DNA from: Candidatus Pyrohabitans jungbluthii
GTDB lineage: Archaea; Hydrothermarchaeota; Hydrothermarchaeia; Hydrothermarchaeales; BMS3B
Reading direction: 5' to 3'
Length of the DNA stretch: 64,000 bases
Assembly (NCBI GenBank): GCA_002010065.2
Contig: MTMD02000002.1
Coordinates: 480,001-544,000 of the forward strand
The notes under the pieces were generated by a model, which saw nothing but the letters and a program-made list of their open reading frames with translations, ran no database searches and had not been told where the DNA came from. Each line of letters begins with the position of its first letter. Within the stretch, counting starts at the first letter, position 1. Positions 1 through 8,896 of the stretch are shown here, piece after piece. Made by a program: the position numbers and the translations under genes.

Positions 1-13
1 CACCCCAAAGGTT

Positions 14-880
14 ATGAGGTGGGCTAAGCGAGCGGGCTTCACCGGCGTAGACCTTCACAAGGAGGCTATGCCTGAGATACCGGAGCAGGGGGGTATCGCT
101 GTTATTATGGGCTTTCTCACCTCCGCTCTGCTCTATGCCCTTCTCACAGACGCGAGCCCCCGCTTCTACGCCACGCTTGTTGCTGTGCTCCTAGTCGCCG
201 CCCTGGGCTACTACGACAGGATTAGACGCCTCTCAGCAAAGGAGAAGGTGGTCTACCTGAGTTTAATAGGTGTGATTCTCTTACCCTTCGTGGGGGATAC
301 GCGCCTCTTTGGCGTAGAGCTTGGTTTTCTCTACCTTCTGGCGGTGCCTCTCGCATTTATGTGCGCGTGCAACTTCACAAATATGCTCGCAGGCTTCAAC
401 GGCCTGGAAATAGGCACCGGGGCGATAGCATCGCTGGGCGTAGCTGTAGTGGCTCTGCTTCAGGGAAAAGAGGAAAGCTTCGTCATTGCTATGCTCCTGT
501 TTGCCTCTCTCATCGCCTTCCTCCACTACAACCGCTACCCGGCGAGGGTTTTCCCTGGCGACGTTGCAACTCTTGCGATTGGCGCTGCACTGCTTCCAGC
601 ATTAATATTCGGCAAACTTGAGGTGGAAGGCGCAGTAATCTTCCTCCCCTACGTTGCGGACGCGTTGTTAAAGTTTATAAGTGCCGGTGTTATGACAAGG
701 GAGGCGCAGAAGCCCACGCTGGTTAGGCAGGGGCTACTCTACGCGCCAGAAGGGGGAAACCTCTCACTGCCAAGGCTATTCCTGAAGCTCAAACCAATGC
801 GCGAGCCACAGGTGGTGGCTCTCGTATGGGCGGTTGAGCTAGCGTGCGTAGCTGTAGCCATCGTCCTAGCCCTGCGGTAG
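14..880 (+). CDS. Glycosyltransferase family 4 (UDP-GlcNAc:polyprenol-P GlcNAc-1-P transferase, AglH/MraY-like); may start upstream of the window
   Basis: Polytopic membrane protein with D-x-HK...IPEQGG, LGYYD, NMLAGFNGLE and FPGD motifs. Confidence 0.85.
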   Translation: MRWAKRAGFTGVDLHKEAMPEIPEQGGIAVIMGFLTSALLYALLTDASPRFYATLVAVLLVAALGYYDRIRRLSAKEKVVYLSLIGVILLPFVGDTRLFGVELGFLYLLAVPLAFMCACNFTNMLAGFNGLEIGTGAIASLGVAVVALLQGKEESFVIAMLLFASLIAFLHYNRYPARVFPGDVATLAIGAALLPALIFGKLEVEGAVIFLPYVADALLKFISAGVMTREAQKPTLVRQGLLYAPEGGNLSLPRLFLKLKPMREPQVVALVWAVELACVAVAIVLALR

Positions 881-910
881 GTTTATATCATCGCGAAGAG
901 AGCATGCTAC

Positions 911-1891
911 ATGCTCTGGGTTGACATAACCAACCTGCCCCACGTCCCCTTTTTCCAGAGGTTTATAGAGGAGAACCACTGCTTCGTCACCGCCAGGAGG
1001 CACGGCTTCCTTGAGGATATGCTCAAGGCACGCGGAATAAGCTTTGTTTCCGTAGGGGAGCACGCAGGTGATAGGAGAGAGAAGCTCATCGCCAGCGCCG
1101 AGCGGATAATAGGTTTGGCGAAAGCGCTCGAGGGCAGGCGCATCTCCGCGTGCATAGCCAAGCACAGCGTCGAAGCTGCGCGGGTTGCCTTCGGGTTGGG
1201 CATACCCTACTACCACTTCGTGGACAACGAGTATGCCGAGCATCAGAACCGCCTGACGCTGAGCCTGTGCACCCGCATCATTGCACCTGAGGCCACGGAT
1301 AAAAAACTCCTGCTCGACCAGGGAGCGCAACCACAGCGCCTGCTTACCTTTAAAGGCGTCTTAGAGGTGGTGCAGGTCAGAAACTTCATCCCCGACCCCT
1401 CCTTAATTAAGTCGCTTAAGCTTGAACGCTTTGTTCTGCTCCGCCCCCCTCCGTTGGGTGCTGCCTACTATCAGGGAAAAAAGAGAACCCAAGCCATAAT
1501 TGACAGTCTGCGCGCGCGAGGCTACAGCGTGGTGGTAATCCCACGGGGGGATGAAAGCTACCGGCGCTGCATCACACTGAAGAATGTGGACACCCTCACC
1601 CTGAGCTACTATGCAGAGGTGGTTATCAGCGAAGGCGGGACGATGAACCGGGAGGCTGCGCTCCTCGGCACGCCTGCGATTTCCCTATACCCGCAGGCTT
1701 TGCTGGGCGTTGACAGGTATCTGATAAAGCTCGGGCTTATGAAGCACGCTCGCAGCGTGGAGGAGCTTCTTGAGCTTCTGCCAGAGGATGGGGAGAAGGA
1801 AGAACTCAGGGAGCGCGCTCAGCAAAAAGTCGCAAGGATGCAGGACCCCTTTGTTGTGCTTGCCAAAGCTATGGGCGAAAGGGATATATGA
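911..1891 (+). CDS. DUF354 family GT-B-fold protein
   Basis: WVDITNLPHVPFF N-terminus; EGGTMNREAALLGTPAIS motif. Confidence 0.8.
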   Translation: MLWVDITNLPHVPFFQRFIEENHCFVTARRHGFLEDMLKARGISFVSVGEHAGDRREKLIASAERIIGLAKALEGRRISACIAKHSVEAARVAFGLGIPYYHFVDNEYAEHQNRLTLSLCTRIIAPEATDKKLLLDQGAQPQRLLTFKGVLEVVQVRNFIPDPSLIKSLKLERFVLLRPPPLGAAYYQGKKRTQAIIDSLRARGYSVVVIPRGDESYRRCITLKNVDTLTLSYYAEVVISEGGTMNREAALLGTPAISLYPQALLGVDRYLIKLGLMKHARSVEELLELLPEDGEKEELRERAQQKVARMQDPFVVLAKAMGERDI

Positions 1892-1916
1892 GCACCACCG
1901 ATATGGAAATTATCGG

Positions 1917-2408
1917 ATGCACTTCAGCAATTACATAAGCATGAGGCATGCGAAAGCGTGCGTTGAGCGGGGGGTAAGAAAGATAAGCCTCACTCCAACG
2001 GCGCTGAAGCAGACCCCAGAGAGAACCCTTGCTTTTCTTCGCGAGCGGGGCATTGAAGTGGAGGTTGTAGCCTCGCGAGGCAGACCGAGAAAGCTTCGCG
2101 AGGAAAAAGTCAAGAAGATTCTCGCCATGCGAAAAGCCGGGGTAAGCTTTTACCGCATTGCAAGCGTGCTGGGCATACCCAAGAGTACTGTCTTTGACTA
2201 CTTTCAGCGTTACTCGCATGTAGATGTGCCAGAGAGCGAGGTGGAGAGGCTGCAGATAAGCGAGGCGCGCAGAGTGCTGGAGAACATAGCAAAGGGGAAC
2301 TTCGACGCTGAGGTTAAGGAGATTGCAGAGCGTGGCTTAGCAGCCGAGAGCAGGGAGGAGCTGGAGTACTACCTCCGTGAGCTTCTGCTGTGTCTTAATG
2401 GGGAATAA
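1917..2408 (+). CDS. DUF1699-like protein with HTH (putative regulator); start uncertain
   Basis: RGRPRKL followed by HTH-like SFYRIASVLGIPKSTVFDY; the track's 1770 start overlaps the upstream gene. Confidence 0.55.
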   Translation: MHFSNYISMRHAKACVERGVRKISLTPTALKQTPERTLAFLRERGIEVEVVASRGRPRKLREEKVKKILAMRKAGVSFYRIASVLGIPKSTVFDYFQRYSHVDVPESEVERLQISEARRVLENIAKGNFDAEVKEIAERGLAAESREELEYYLRELLLCLNGE

Positions 2409-2450
2409 TTTTTTATTGTTAGGCTGAGTGAGAATTATAGGGTGAGACGC

Positions 2451-2618
2451 ATGGTGAAGAGAAAGAAGCAGCGCGTTGCGATGCCCGCCTCTGGCGCTGG
2501 TTTAGTGCGCTACATGGACGAGGAGGGGCGTGGCATAAAGTTCAAGCCAGAGCAAATACTCTACGCCGCTTTGGGATTGATCGCCATAGAGGTTCTGGTT
2601 AAGCTGGGGTTTGTATAG
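2451..2618 (+). CDS. secG: Preprotein translocase subunit Sec61beta (archaeal SecG); not in ORF track
   Basis: Manual translation MVKRKKQRVAMPASGAGLVRYMDEEGRGIKFKPEQILYAALGLIAIEVLVKLGFV: GAGLVRY motif and one C-terminal TM helix; GGTGA RBS upstream. Confidence 0.9.
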   Translation: MVKRKKQRVAMPASGAGLVRYMDEEGRGIKFKPEQILYAALGLIAIEVLVKLGFV

Positions 2619-2622
2619 AGGC

Positions 2623-3351
2623 ATGAAGATCGCGATTACACGTCCGAAGGGTAAGGAGGGCGCCACGAAGGAGCTGGCTTCTTCTTACGGTTTTGAAGCG
2701 CTGATTGTCAATGCGGTTGAACTCGTGCCTCGAAGCGAAGATGAGGTTAAGGCTGCGGTGGGCGACATAGCGAGCTACGACTGGGTGGTTATAACCAGCG
2801 CCTTTGGCGCAAGGCTCATGCACCGCTACTTTGGCGAGGCGCTGCGCAGGGCTAAAATAGCTGTCGTGGGGGAGAAAACTCGCCAAGCACTGGAAAAGCT
2901 TGGGATAAGCGTTGCGCTAACCCCGGGAGAGTTTCGGAGCGAGGGACTCGTTGCAGCGCTGCGTGAAGCCGGCGCTGAGGGAAAGCGCATCCTCGTTGCT
3001 CGTGCCTCTGCCGGGAGAGAGCTACTCGTCAGAGAACTTGAGAAGATCGCCGAGGTGGTGGAGGTGCCCCTCTACGATTCAGTGATTCCTGAAGATAAAA
3101 GCTCAATCTTTGCCCTGCGCGAAGGCTTAGAAAAAGGAGAGATTAAAGCTGCGGTATTCACCTCCGCCAAGACGGTGGAGAACATCTTCTCTGTGGTAGG
3201 CGACAACCTTGCGGCGTTGCTCAACCGCATCGCTGTCGTCGCTATAGCACCGGAGACGAAGAAGGCGCTGAAGAGCTACGGAGTTGAGCACGTGGCTATG
3301 CCGGAACGCTATACCCTGGAGGAGTGCCTCAGGTTATTGAAGGAGAGGTGA
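2623..3351 (+). CDS. hemD: Uroporphyrinogen-III synthase
   Basis: IAITRP, DWVVITSA, VVGEKT, FTSAKTV motifs. Confidence 0.9.
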   Translation: MKIAITRPKGKEGATKELASSYGFEALIVNAVELVPRSEDEVKAAVGDIASYDWVVITSAFGARLMHRYFGEALRRAKIAVVGEKTRQALEKLGISVALTPGEFRSEGLVAALREAGAEGKRILVARASAGRELLVRELEKIAEVVEVPLYDSVIPEDKSSIFALREGLEKGEIKAAVFTSAKTVENIFSVVGDNLAALLNRIAVVAIAPETKKALKSYGVEHVAMPERYTLEECLRLLKER

Positions 3352-3353
3352 TT

Positions 3354-3641
3354 ATGGAGAGGATTATGATATGGCCCCCTAACATCGACGCAAACAAGTC
3401 GCGAGCTGACGGAAGGAAGATTTCTGAGAAGCACGCCATAGCTTCGCCAACACTCAAGGAGATAGCTGAAGCGGCTGAACGCCTGGGTTTAAATCCGGAG
3501 GTGGAGCGGGAGAAGGCTTACCCGAAGGAGTGGTGGGAGGTTTCAGGGCGCGTTATAGTGGACAAGGTTAAGCCGAAGAGCATGATTCTTAAGGAGATTG
3601 CCGCTGAAATTAAAAAGATGCGCGCCTCAGCGAGCAAGTAA
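3354..3641 (+). CDS. srp19: Signal recognition particle 19 kDa protein
   Basis: IWPPNIDANKSRADGRKI and KAYPKEWWEVSGRVIV. Confidence 0.93.
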   Translation: MERIMIWPPNIDANKSRADGRKISEKHAIASPTLKEIAEAAERLGLNPEVEREKAYPKEWWEVSGRVIVDKVKPKSMILKEIAAEIKKMRASASK

Positions 3642-4442
3642 GCTTCGTATGAAGCTTACAGCCTCCCTCAGCGCTTCTTCGCCGCTGCTCCTGTATTCCA
3701 GGCAGACCTCAGCATTTAATTCCTGAGCGAAAACCTGCTCGAAGTTTATTCTCCCCTTCCCCGGGGGCAGGCTTTCGGTATCTTTGATGTGAAGCTCCGC
3801 TATCTCAGCGCCGTATTCGGCTATAACCTCTGCCACGTCTTCGCCAGCGTCGTAGAGATGCATGGTATCTGCCATCGCATAAACATTTTCTCTGTCTATA
3901 TCCCTTACCAGAGCGACAACCTCTCGCAGGCGTGGCAGGAAGGATGTTCGCTTAGGGCTAAGGGCTTCTATCGCAATACCTACGCCATAGTCAGAAGCGT
4001 AGTCTGCCAGCTCACGGAAGCTTTTCACGCAGATTTCCCTTGCGTTTGCCGCATGCGAATAGCCATAAGCGGGCACTGTAACCACGCGTTTCGCCCCTAT
4101 TCCGCTGGCAAGCTCTATCTTTTCCTTAATGTGCTCCATCGCAGCGACGCGCTCTTCTCTGCGCGAGCTCACAATGCTAAGCTCATGGAGCTTATACGCC
4201 TGCACAGAGCGCACCTCTACGCCATAGCTGCCAAGCGCTTCGAGGTTATCTTCAAACTTCGTCACCGCTTCTCGAGCGCCAGCGAGGGAAGCTGAAGCCG
4301 ATCTCGAAGAGATTGGCGAGCTATCGCTTCGCGAGACGGGTAACTTCGCCAGCTCCAGCCAGAGATCAAGCTCCTCAAAAATACTCAAAACCTCTTCGAG
4401 GGTTTCACAGTCAAGAACAAAATCCACAGCGCCGAGGGACAT
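3627..4442 (-). CDS. Sugar phosphate isomerase/epimerase (AP endonuclease 2 TIM barrel) carrying a 29-aa in-frame insertion
   Basis: IAIEAL, ADTMH, LHIKD, PPGKG, LEY metal-binding motifs. Confidence 0.8.
   Translation of the reverse strand: MSLGAVDFVLDCETLEEVLSIFEELDLWLELAKLPVSRSDSSPISSRSASASLAGAREAVTKFEDNLEALGSYGVEVRSVQAYKLHELSIVSSRREERVAAMEHIKEKIELASGIGAKRVVTVPAYGYSHAANAREICVKSFRELADYASDYGVGIAIEALSPKRTSFLPRLREVVALVRDIDRENVYAMADTMHLYDAGEDVAEVIAEYGAEIAELHIKDTESLPPGKGRINFEQVFAQELNAEVCLEYRSSGEEALREAVSFIRSLLAR
4261..4344 (-). repeat. 84-bp palindromic element inserted in frame in the TIM-barrel gene
   Basis: Nested hairpin GTTACCCG...GGTGAC; AACTTCG direct repeats at 4255-4261 and 4342-4348, 87 bp apart. 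Confidence 0.65.
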
Positions 4443-4448
4443 GGCTGT

Positions 4449-4703
4449 TCAAACTTCAGCTTTGTAGATGTATGTACATCCAATAGCCTCAAAATTCTTT
4501 GTAACTCCTTCCTTAAGCTCTCTTCTGATTCTCTGAATTTTTTCATGGGTCTCTTTTGAGTAGATCCTCTCCCCGCATTTTGAACATACCCCTGCCTTAA
4601 CCCTAATAATAGCGACGTTGTTCCCGCCCTTAACCATCTTCTCTACTTCTTTTACAACCACGTCTCCACCACATATCGGGCAAACCGAAACAATCTCACT
4701 CAT
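4449..4703 (-). CDS. YgiT/MqsA-type zinc-finger antitoxin-like protein
   Basis: CPICGG...CSKCGE; paired with a DUF4258 gene; lower GC than flanks. Confidence 0.8.
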   Translation of the reverse strand: MSEIVSVCPICGGDVVVKEVEKMVKGGNNVAIIRVKAGVCSKCGERIYSKETHEKIQRIRRELKEGVTKNFEAIGCTYIYKAEV

Positions 4704-4729
4704 TTCTTTTTTCTCCATCTGTAATCAAT

Positions 4730-5023
4730 TCAGCGATTAGCATCGGGAATATATGCTGTAATTAGTATAGCGATATTTGATTCACTTGCATACGCCCAGA
4801 CACTATGAATAGGTCTGCCTTGTTGATCTCTTCCAAATATCAAGCAACTGGGAAATGGTAAGTCATCCGGGTACTCTTCGATTATCTCACCATGTAAAAC
4901 AGAATAGTAAAGCGATTCATTTGATATCTCATCGTTGGCAAGTTCTTCATCTGCATGTTCTGTTATATTTATCCTTCCTGATTTAATCGCATCTTTTATT
5001 CGATTTATGTCCATCCGTTGCAT
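4730..5023 (-). CDS. DUF4258 putative toxin, C-terminally truncated by an in-frame TGA
   Basis: ITEHA, IIEEYPDD-x-PFPSCLIFG, PIHSVW, ITAYIPD; the frame continues IDYRWRKKK after the TGA. Confidence 0.75.
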   Translation of the reverse strand: MQRMDINRIKDAIKSGRINITEHADEELANDEISNESLYYSVLHGEIIEEYPDDLPFPSCLIFGRDQQGRPIHSVWAYASESNIAILITAYIPDANR

Positions 5024-5093
5024 GTTTAACTGCAGATGATATTAAGCTTTACCTATTTAACCCTTGAGAGATGTTAGCGCCAGAGCTTGAAAC

Positions 5094-5687
5094 ATGGGCA
5101 GAATAAGGATTGTGGGGGTGCACCACAGGCACCAGATGAGCATCGCCGACGTGGAGGATGCCATCGCCGAGCAGAAGCCAGACATAGTGTGCGTGGAGCT
5201 GCCCAGCGACGACTACCTGAAGTTTCTGGAGGTGCGCTCCTACCTGGAGACTGAGATGAAAATCGCCATGGTCACCGCCTGCGAAGTTGGAGCCAGGGTT
5301 TACCTGATAGACCTTAAAAAAGAGTACATCGAGAAGAGGCTGAGGGAGACACTGAGAATTTCCGATCCCCGCCTATGGGAGGAGTTTGAAAAGGGCGACA
5401 TCCCCGCGTTCTACCGCCGGCTGCTGGAGGTGACACCAGCAGCTATCAATAAGGCAAAGCAGGTGCTGCTTCTCGACAGAGAGGCAGCGATGGCGGCAAA
5501 GCTCTTATCCTTAGCTGAGAAATACCCCGAAAGTAGAATTCTTGCTGTGGTGGGCTACAGCCACAAACCCGCGATAGAGGAATTTCTGAAGGACAGGAAA
5601 AGGTTGAGTGAGACCGTCAAAAAGAGAGGAATCCTCGTAGATGAGCCCTATTTCCTCGACTGCGAGGAGATTATGATTTACAGCTAA
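5094..5687 (+). CDS. TraB/GumN-like family protein
   Basis: IVGVHH, PDIVCVELP, DREAAMA, AVVGYSH. Confidence 0.7.
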   Translation: MGRIRIVGVHHRHQMSIADVEDAIAEQKPDIVCVELPSDDYLKFLEVRSYLETEMKIAMVTACEVGARVYLIDLKKEYIEKRLRETLRISDPRLWEEFEKGDIPAFYRRLLEVTPAAINKAKQVLLLDREAAMAAKLLSLAEKYPESRILAVVGYSHKPAIEEFLKDRKRLSETVKKRGILVDEPYFLDCEEIMIYS

Positions 5688-5760
5688 AGAGAGCGAAAAG
5701 CTAAAATACCACCTGCAGCAACTTACCTGCATCTGAATGAAGATGGGAGGTTAGGGATAG

Positions 5761-6453
5761 ATGGATGTTGTGGAAATTTACCGCCGTGCCTTTGAGCTTT
5801 TTAAGGTGAATTATGTAATAGCAGTGCCGTTTATTGTAGCTTATATACTAATGGATGTAGTGGCCTATCTATTTGGTGGTTTTTGGTGGGGTGGAGTAGG
5901 ATTTGGAGGAAATATGTCTCCTAGCACCTTTAGATTAGGTGCAATGCTCGGTGCAGCTCTGATTATGATGCTCCTATCCCTTGTGCTCAGTACCCTTGCG
6001 CAGGGTATGGCTATTGGAATGTGCAGAGAAGCAATTGAAGAGGGACTGGCACATCTCGAGAGCGGTTTGAAGGTGATAAGTAGCAGAATCGTAGGTCTTT
6101 TAATAGCCGCCATACTTGTTAGCATTCTTGTTGTAATGGGTTTCATATTGTTCATAATACCTGGGCTAGTAATTGGATTTTTCCTGATGTTCACGATAAT
6201 AGCGCTTGTTTTAGAGGACCTCGACGCCATCTCAGCTATGGGTAGAAGTTACAGAGTAGTTAGAGCAAACATTGGAGATGCTTTTGTTTATGCCTTAATT
6301 CTTATTGCAATACAAATAATCACATGGATATTAGGAATAATTGTGGGATTCATCCCAATCATCGGTGCTCTTGTTTCTTCAGGAGTTAGTGGCTTGACTA
6401 CTGGTTATACTACTCTTGCTGGTGTGATATTTTTCAGGGAGGCAACTACTTAG
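5761..6453 (+). CDS. Integral membrane protein of unknown function
   Basis: About 5-6 TM helices; LFIIPGL and AMGRSYRVV pattern. Confidence 0.65.
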   Translation: MDVVEIYRRAFELFKVNYVIAVPFIVAYILMDVVAYLFGGFWWGGVGFGGNMSPSTFRLGAMLGAALIMMLLSLVLSTLAQGMAIGMCREAIEEGLAHLESGLKVISSRIVGLLIAAILVSILVVMGFILFIIPGLVIGFFLMFTIIALVLEDLDAISAMGRSYRVVRANIGDAFVYALILIAIQIITWILGIIVGFIPIIGALVSSGVSGLTTGYTTLAGVIFFREATT

Positions 6454-7372
6454 AAAGCTCCAGCATGCGCTCAAGGCTGAGCAATGCTCGCTCCGCAATC
6501 TTTGGCTCGACTCTCACCACATTTTTTCTTTCCCTGAGCTGAGTCAGGAACTTTTCCCAGGTGTTCATCTTCATTGTCCTGCATACCGCCTTCTCGTAAA
6601 GAGGGTAGAATTTTTTATCCGGAAACTCCTTCTGCAGGCGGTAGATGAGGCCAACCTCCGTGCCTATTATGAACTCAGTGGCGCTGCTCTCCCTTGCTCG
6701 CTTAACCATCTGCTCAGTGCTGCATATGTAGTCCGCTAAGAGCTGAACCTCGGGAGTGCACTCCGGGTGAATGAGTACCTCCGCATCGGGATGCTCTTCC
6801 CTCGCCTTTTCCACATGCTCAGGCTTGAAGAGGAGATGGGTTATGCAGTGCCCCTTCGCAGGCACAGGGATTATCTCCTTGTCCTTAACATGGCGCTGCA
6901 CATGCCATGCCAGGTTGGCGTCTGGCCCAAAGATTATCTTTTTCTCAGGCAGAGCCTTGACTATCTTCACCGCATTTGCAGAGGTGCATATCACGTCTGC
7001 CTCCGCCCTCGCCTCAAGGCGGGTGTTGATGTACAGCACCACAGCAGCGTCTGGATGCTCCTCCCGTGCCTCGCGCACAAGCTTTGCCGGTAACTGCGCT
7101 GCCATGGGGCAGTGCGCTTCGAGATCTGGCATGAGTACTGTCTTGTCAGGGTTGAGCATCGCTGCACTCTCTGCCATGAAGTCAACACCACAGAAGAGGA
7201 TGTATGGCTTATCAACGCGCTGTGCCGCCCTGCACAAGCCAAGCGAGTCGCCAATGAAGTCTGCCACATCCTGAATCTCAGGTATCTGATAGTTGTGCGC
7301 AAGAACTATACAGTCCTTCTTAAGCTCTTCAACCTCTTTCAGAGTAGCCTCATCAATAACCACGAGAACCAC
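6446..7372 (-). CDS. nadA: Quinolinate synthase
   Basis: LAHNYQ, GDSL, FCGVDFMAE, CPMA, HPEC, GTEVG. Confidence 0.96.
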   Translation of the reverse strand: MVLVVIDEATLKEVEELKKDCIVLAHNYQIPEIQDVADFIGDSLGLCRAAQRVDKPYILFCGVDFMAESAAMLNPDKTVLMPDLEAHCPMAAQLPAKLVREAREEHPDAAVVLYINTRLEARAEADVICTSANAVKIVKALPEKKIIFGPDANLAWHVQRHVKDKEIIPVPAKGHCITHLLFKPEHVEKAREEHPDAEVLIHPECTPEVQLLADYICSTEQMVKRARESSATEFIIGTEVGLIYRLQKEFPDKKFYPLYEKAVCRTMKMNTWEKFLTQLRERKNVVRVEPKIAERALLSLERMLELSK

Positions 7373-7461
7373 CGGGATTACAACCTGTGGAGAAGGTACT
7401 TTTTGAAAATATTGTTGAAATGCTCAACACTCTTAAAAGGCTGTAAATCAGATATAATCCC

Positions 7462-8100
7462 ATGAGGAGCATTCTGAGGAGTTTCATGATTTTTATTTAC
7501 GGCGCTCTCACAGGAGTGGCTCTTTTTCTGCTTATCAGTGTAGCTGCGCCTGAGCTCAAGTCTCTAATTCTACTCCTCCTAAAAACAAAAATTGAGGCTC
7601 AGGAAAAGCTGGTTAGGAACCCGAGCATGGCAATACTCCTCAACAATCTGATAGCCTCGCTTCTCTGCTCCTACGGAGGATTCTTAACTACGATGGCTTT
7701 TCTCAGACTGGGCGAAGTAAGCGACCCCAGTTTGAGAGTTTTAAGGAGGCTGGACAGAAGGCTTAGCCAGATTAGAGATGACAGGCTGAAGTTCTACCTC
7801 TCCCTCTTCATATTCCCTGTTTTCATCCTCTTTCTCAACGGCGCTGTTCTCGGCTTCCTATTCGGCTTCTTTCTCCACTCGCCCGCAGAGTACTTCGCGC
7901 GTCTGAACTCCCACGGGATTACTGAGCTACCGGCGATTATCCTCTCGGGAAGCATAGGATTAAAAATCGGCGAGGCTATGCTCCCTAGGTTAAACACTGA
8001 TTTCGAGGCAGAGCTAACAGAAGAGGTAAGACGGAGCCTTAAAGATTATATTCTCGTAGTCGCCCTTCTGGTGGTAAGCGCATATCTCGAAACCATGTAG
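7462..8100 (+). CDS. SpoIIM/DUF95 family membrane protein
   Basis: ILLNN, FLNG, HGITELPAI, SAYLE motifs. Confidence 0.75.
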   Translation: MRSILRSFMIFIYGALTGVALFLLISVAAPELKSLILLLLKTKIEAQEKLVRNPSMAILLNNLIASLLCSYGGFLTTMAFLRLGEVSDPSLRVLRRLDRRLSQIRDDRLKFYLSLFIFPVFILFLNGAVLGFLFGFFLHSPAEYFARLNSHGITELPAIILSGSIGLKIGEAMLPRLNTDFEAELTEEVRRSLKDYILVVALLVVSAYLETM

Positions 8101-8101
8101 C

Positions 8102-8350
8102 CTAAAGAACCACTTCCACGCTTGCCTTCTCCACGCCCTCCAGCTTCCTTATCTCCTTCTCTGCCAGCACCGCAAGCACAAAGGCATAGCCGCACACGCA
8201 GTCGCGGGGACGCTGCAGCTTTACCTTCACCTCTCCCCCAGCTATCTCCACCTGCTTCACCATGCCCGCATCTACCAGGTTGCTCCCCTGAGGAAGGCTG
8301 AAGACCTTCTTCAACGCTGAAATTACCTCATCCTCGCCTACAACGCTCAT
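8102..8350 (-). CDS. DUF59/SufT-like Fe-S assembly protein
   Basis: ALKKV...NLVDAGMV...CVCG...LEGV. Confidence 0.65.
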   Translation of the reverse strand: MSVVGEDEVISALKKVFSLPQGSNLVDAGMVKQVEIAGGEVKVKLQRPRDCVCGYAFVLAVLAEKEIRKLEGVEKASVEVVL

Positions 8351-8859
8351 ACTATCTCTGCACCCAGCACCTCGCGCATGTGTTTAAGCGCCCACTCCTG
8401 CGTGGCTTCGTCTACGGTGGCGACGCATTCTCTGCACACCACAACGCGAAAGCCACGCATTGCAGCATCCGCCGCGGTGTGGAGCACGCATATATTGGTG
8501 AGCACGCCCACTAAGACAACTTCGGTGACGCCACGCTTCCTCAGCTCCTCCTCTAAGGGAGTGCCGAAGAAGGCTGAGAAGCGTTTCTTCTTTATTACCA
8601 CGTCATCGCTGCGCTTGTCAAGCTCATCTATCACCTCCGCTCCAGGGGTGCCCTCTACTGCATGCCTCCCCCACACCCTGAACTCCTCGTCGTCCTCGTC
8701 ATGGGAGTCGCAGATGAAGAAAACTGGCTCGCCCCTGGCGCGGAACTCGGCGATCTTGGCATTTATTGGCTCTATAAGCTTTCTCGCCCCCGGCACGGGC
8801 AGGGCTCCGTCCTCGTACACGAAGTCCTTCAGCATGTCTATTACAAGCAGAGCGCGCAT
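8347..8859 (-). CDS. pncA: Nicotinamidase / isochorismatase family hydrolase
   Basis: LLVIDMLKDF, DSH, WGRHA, KKRFSAF, GVLTNICV. Confidence 0.85.
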   Translation of the reverse strand: MRALLVIDMLKDFVYEDGALPVPGARKLIEPINAKIAEFRARGEPVFFICDSHDEDDEEFRVWGRHAVEGTPGAEVIDELDKRSDDVVIKKKRFSAFFGTPLEEELRKRGVTEVVLVGVLTNICVLHTAADAAMRGFRVVVCRECVATVDEATQEWALKHMREVLGAEIV

Positions 8860-8896
8860 GATATCTTTTTAAACTCCGCGAGATATAAAAATTCCC

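Noticed and set aside
4730-4732. In-frame TGA as selenocysteine or an alternative genetic code
   Set aside because: The position corresponds to Trp rather than Cys, no SECIS is evident, and TGA is used as a normal stop by other genes in the window.
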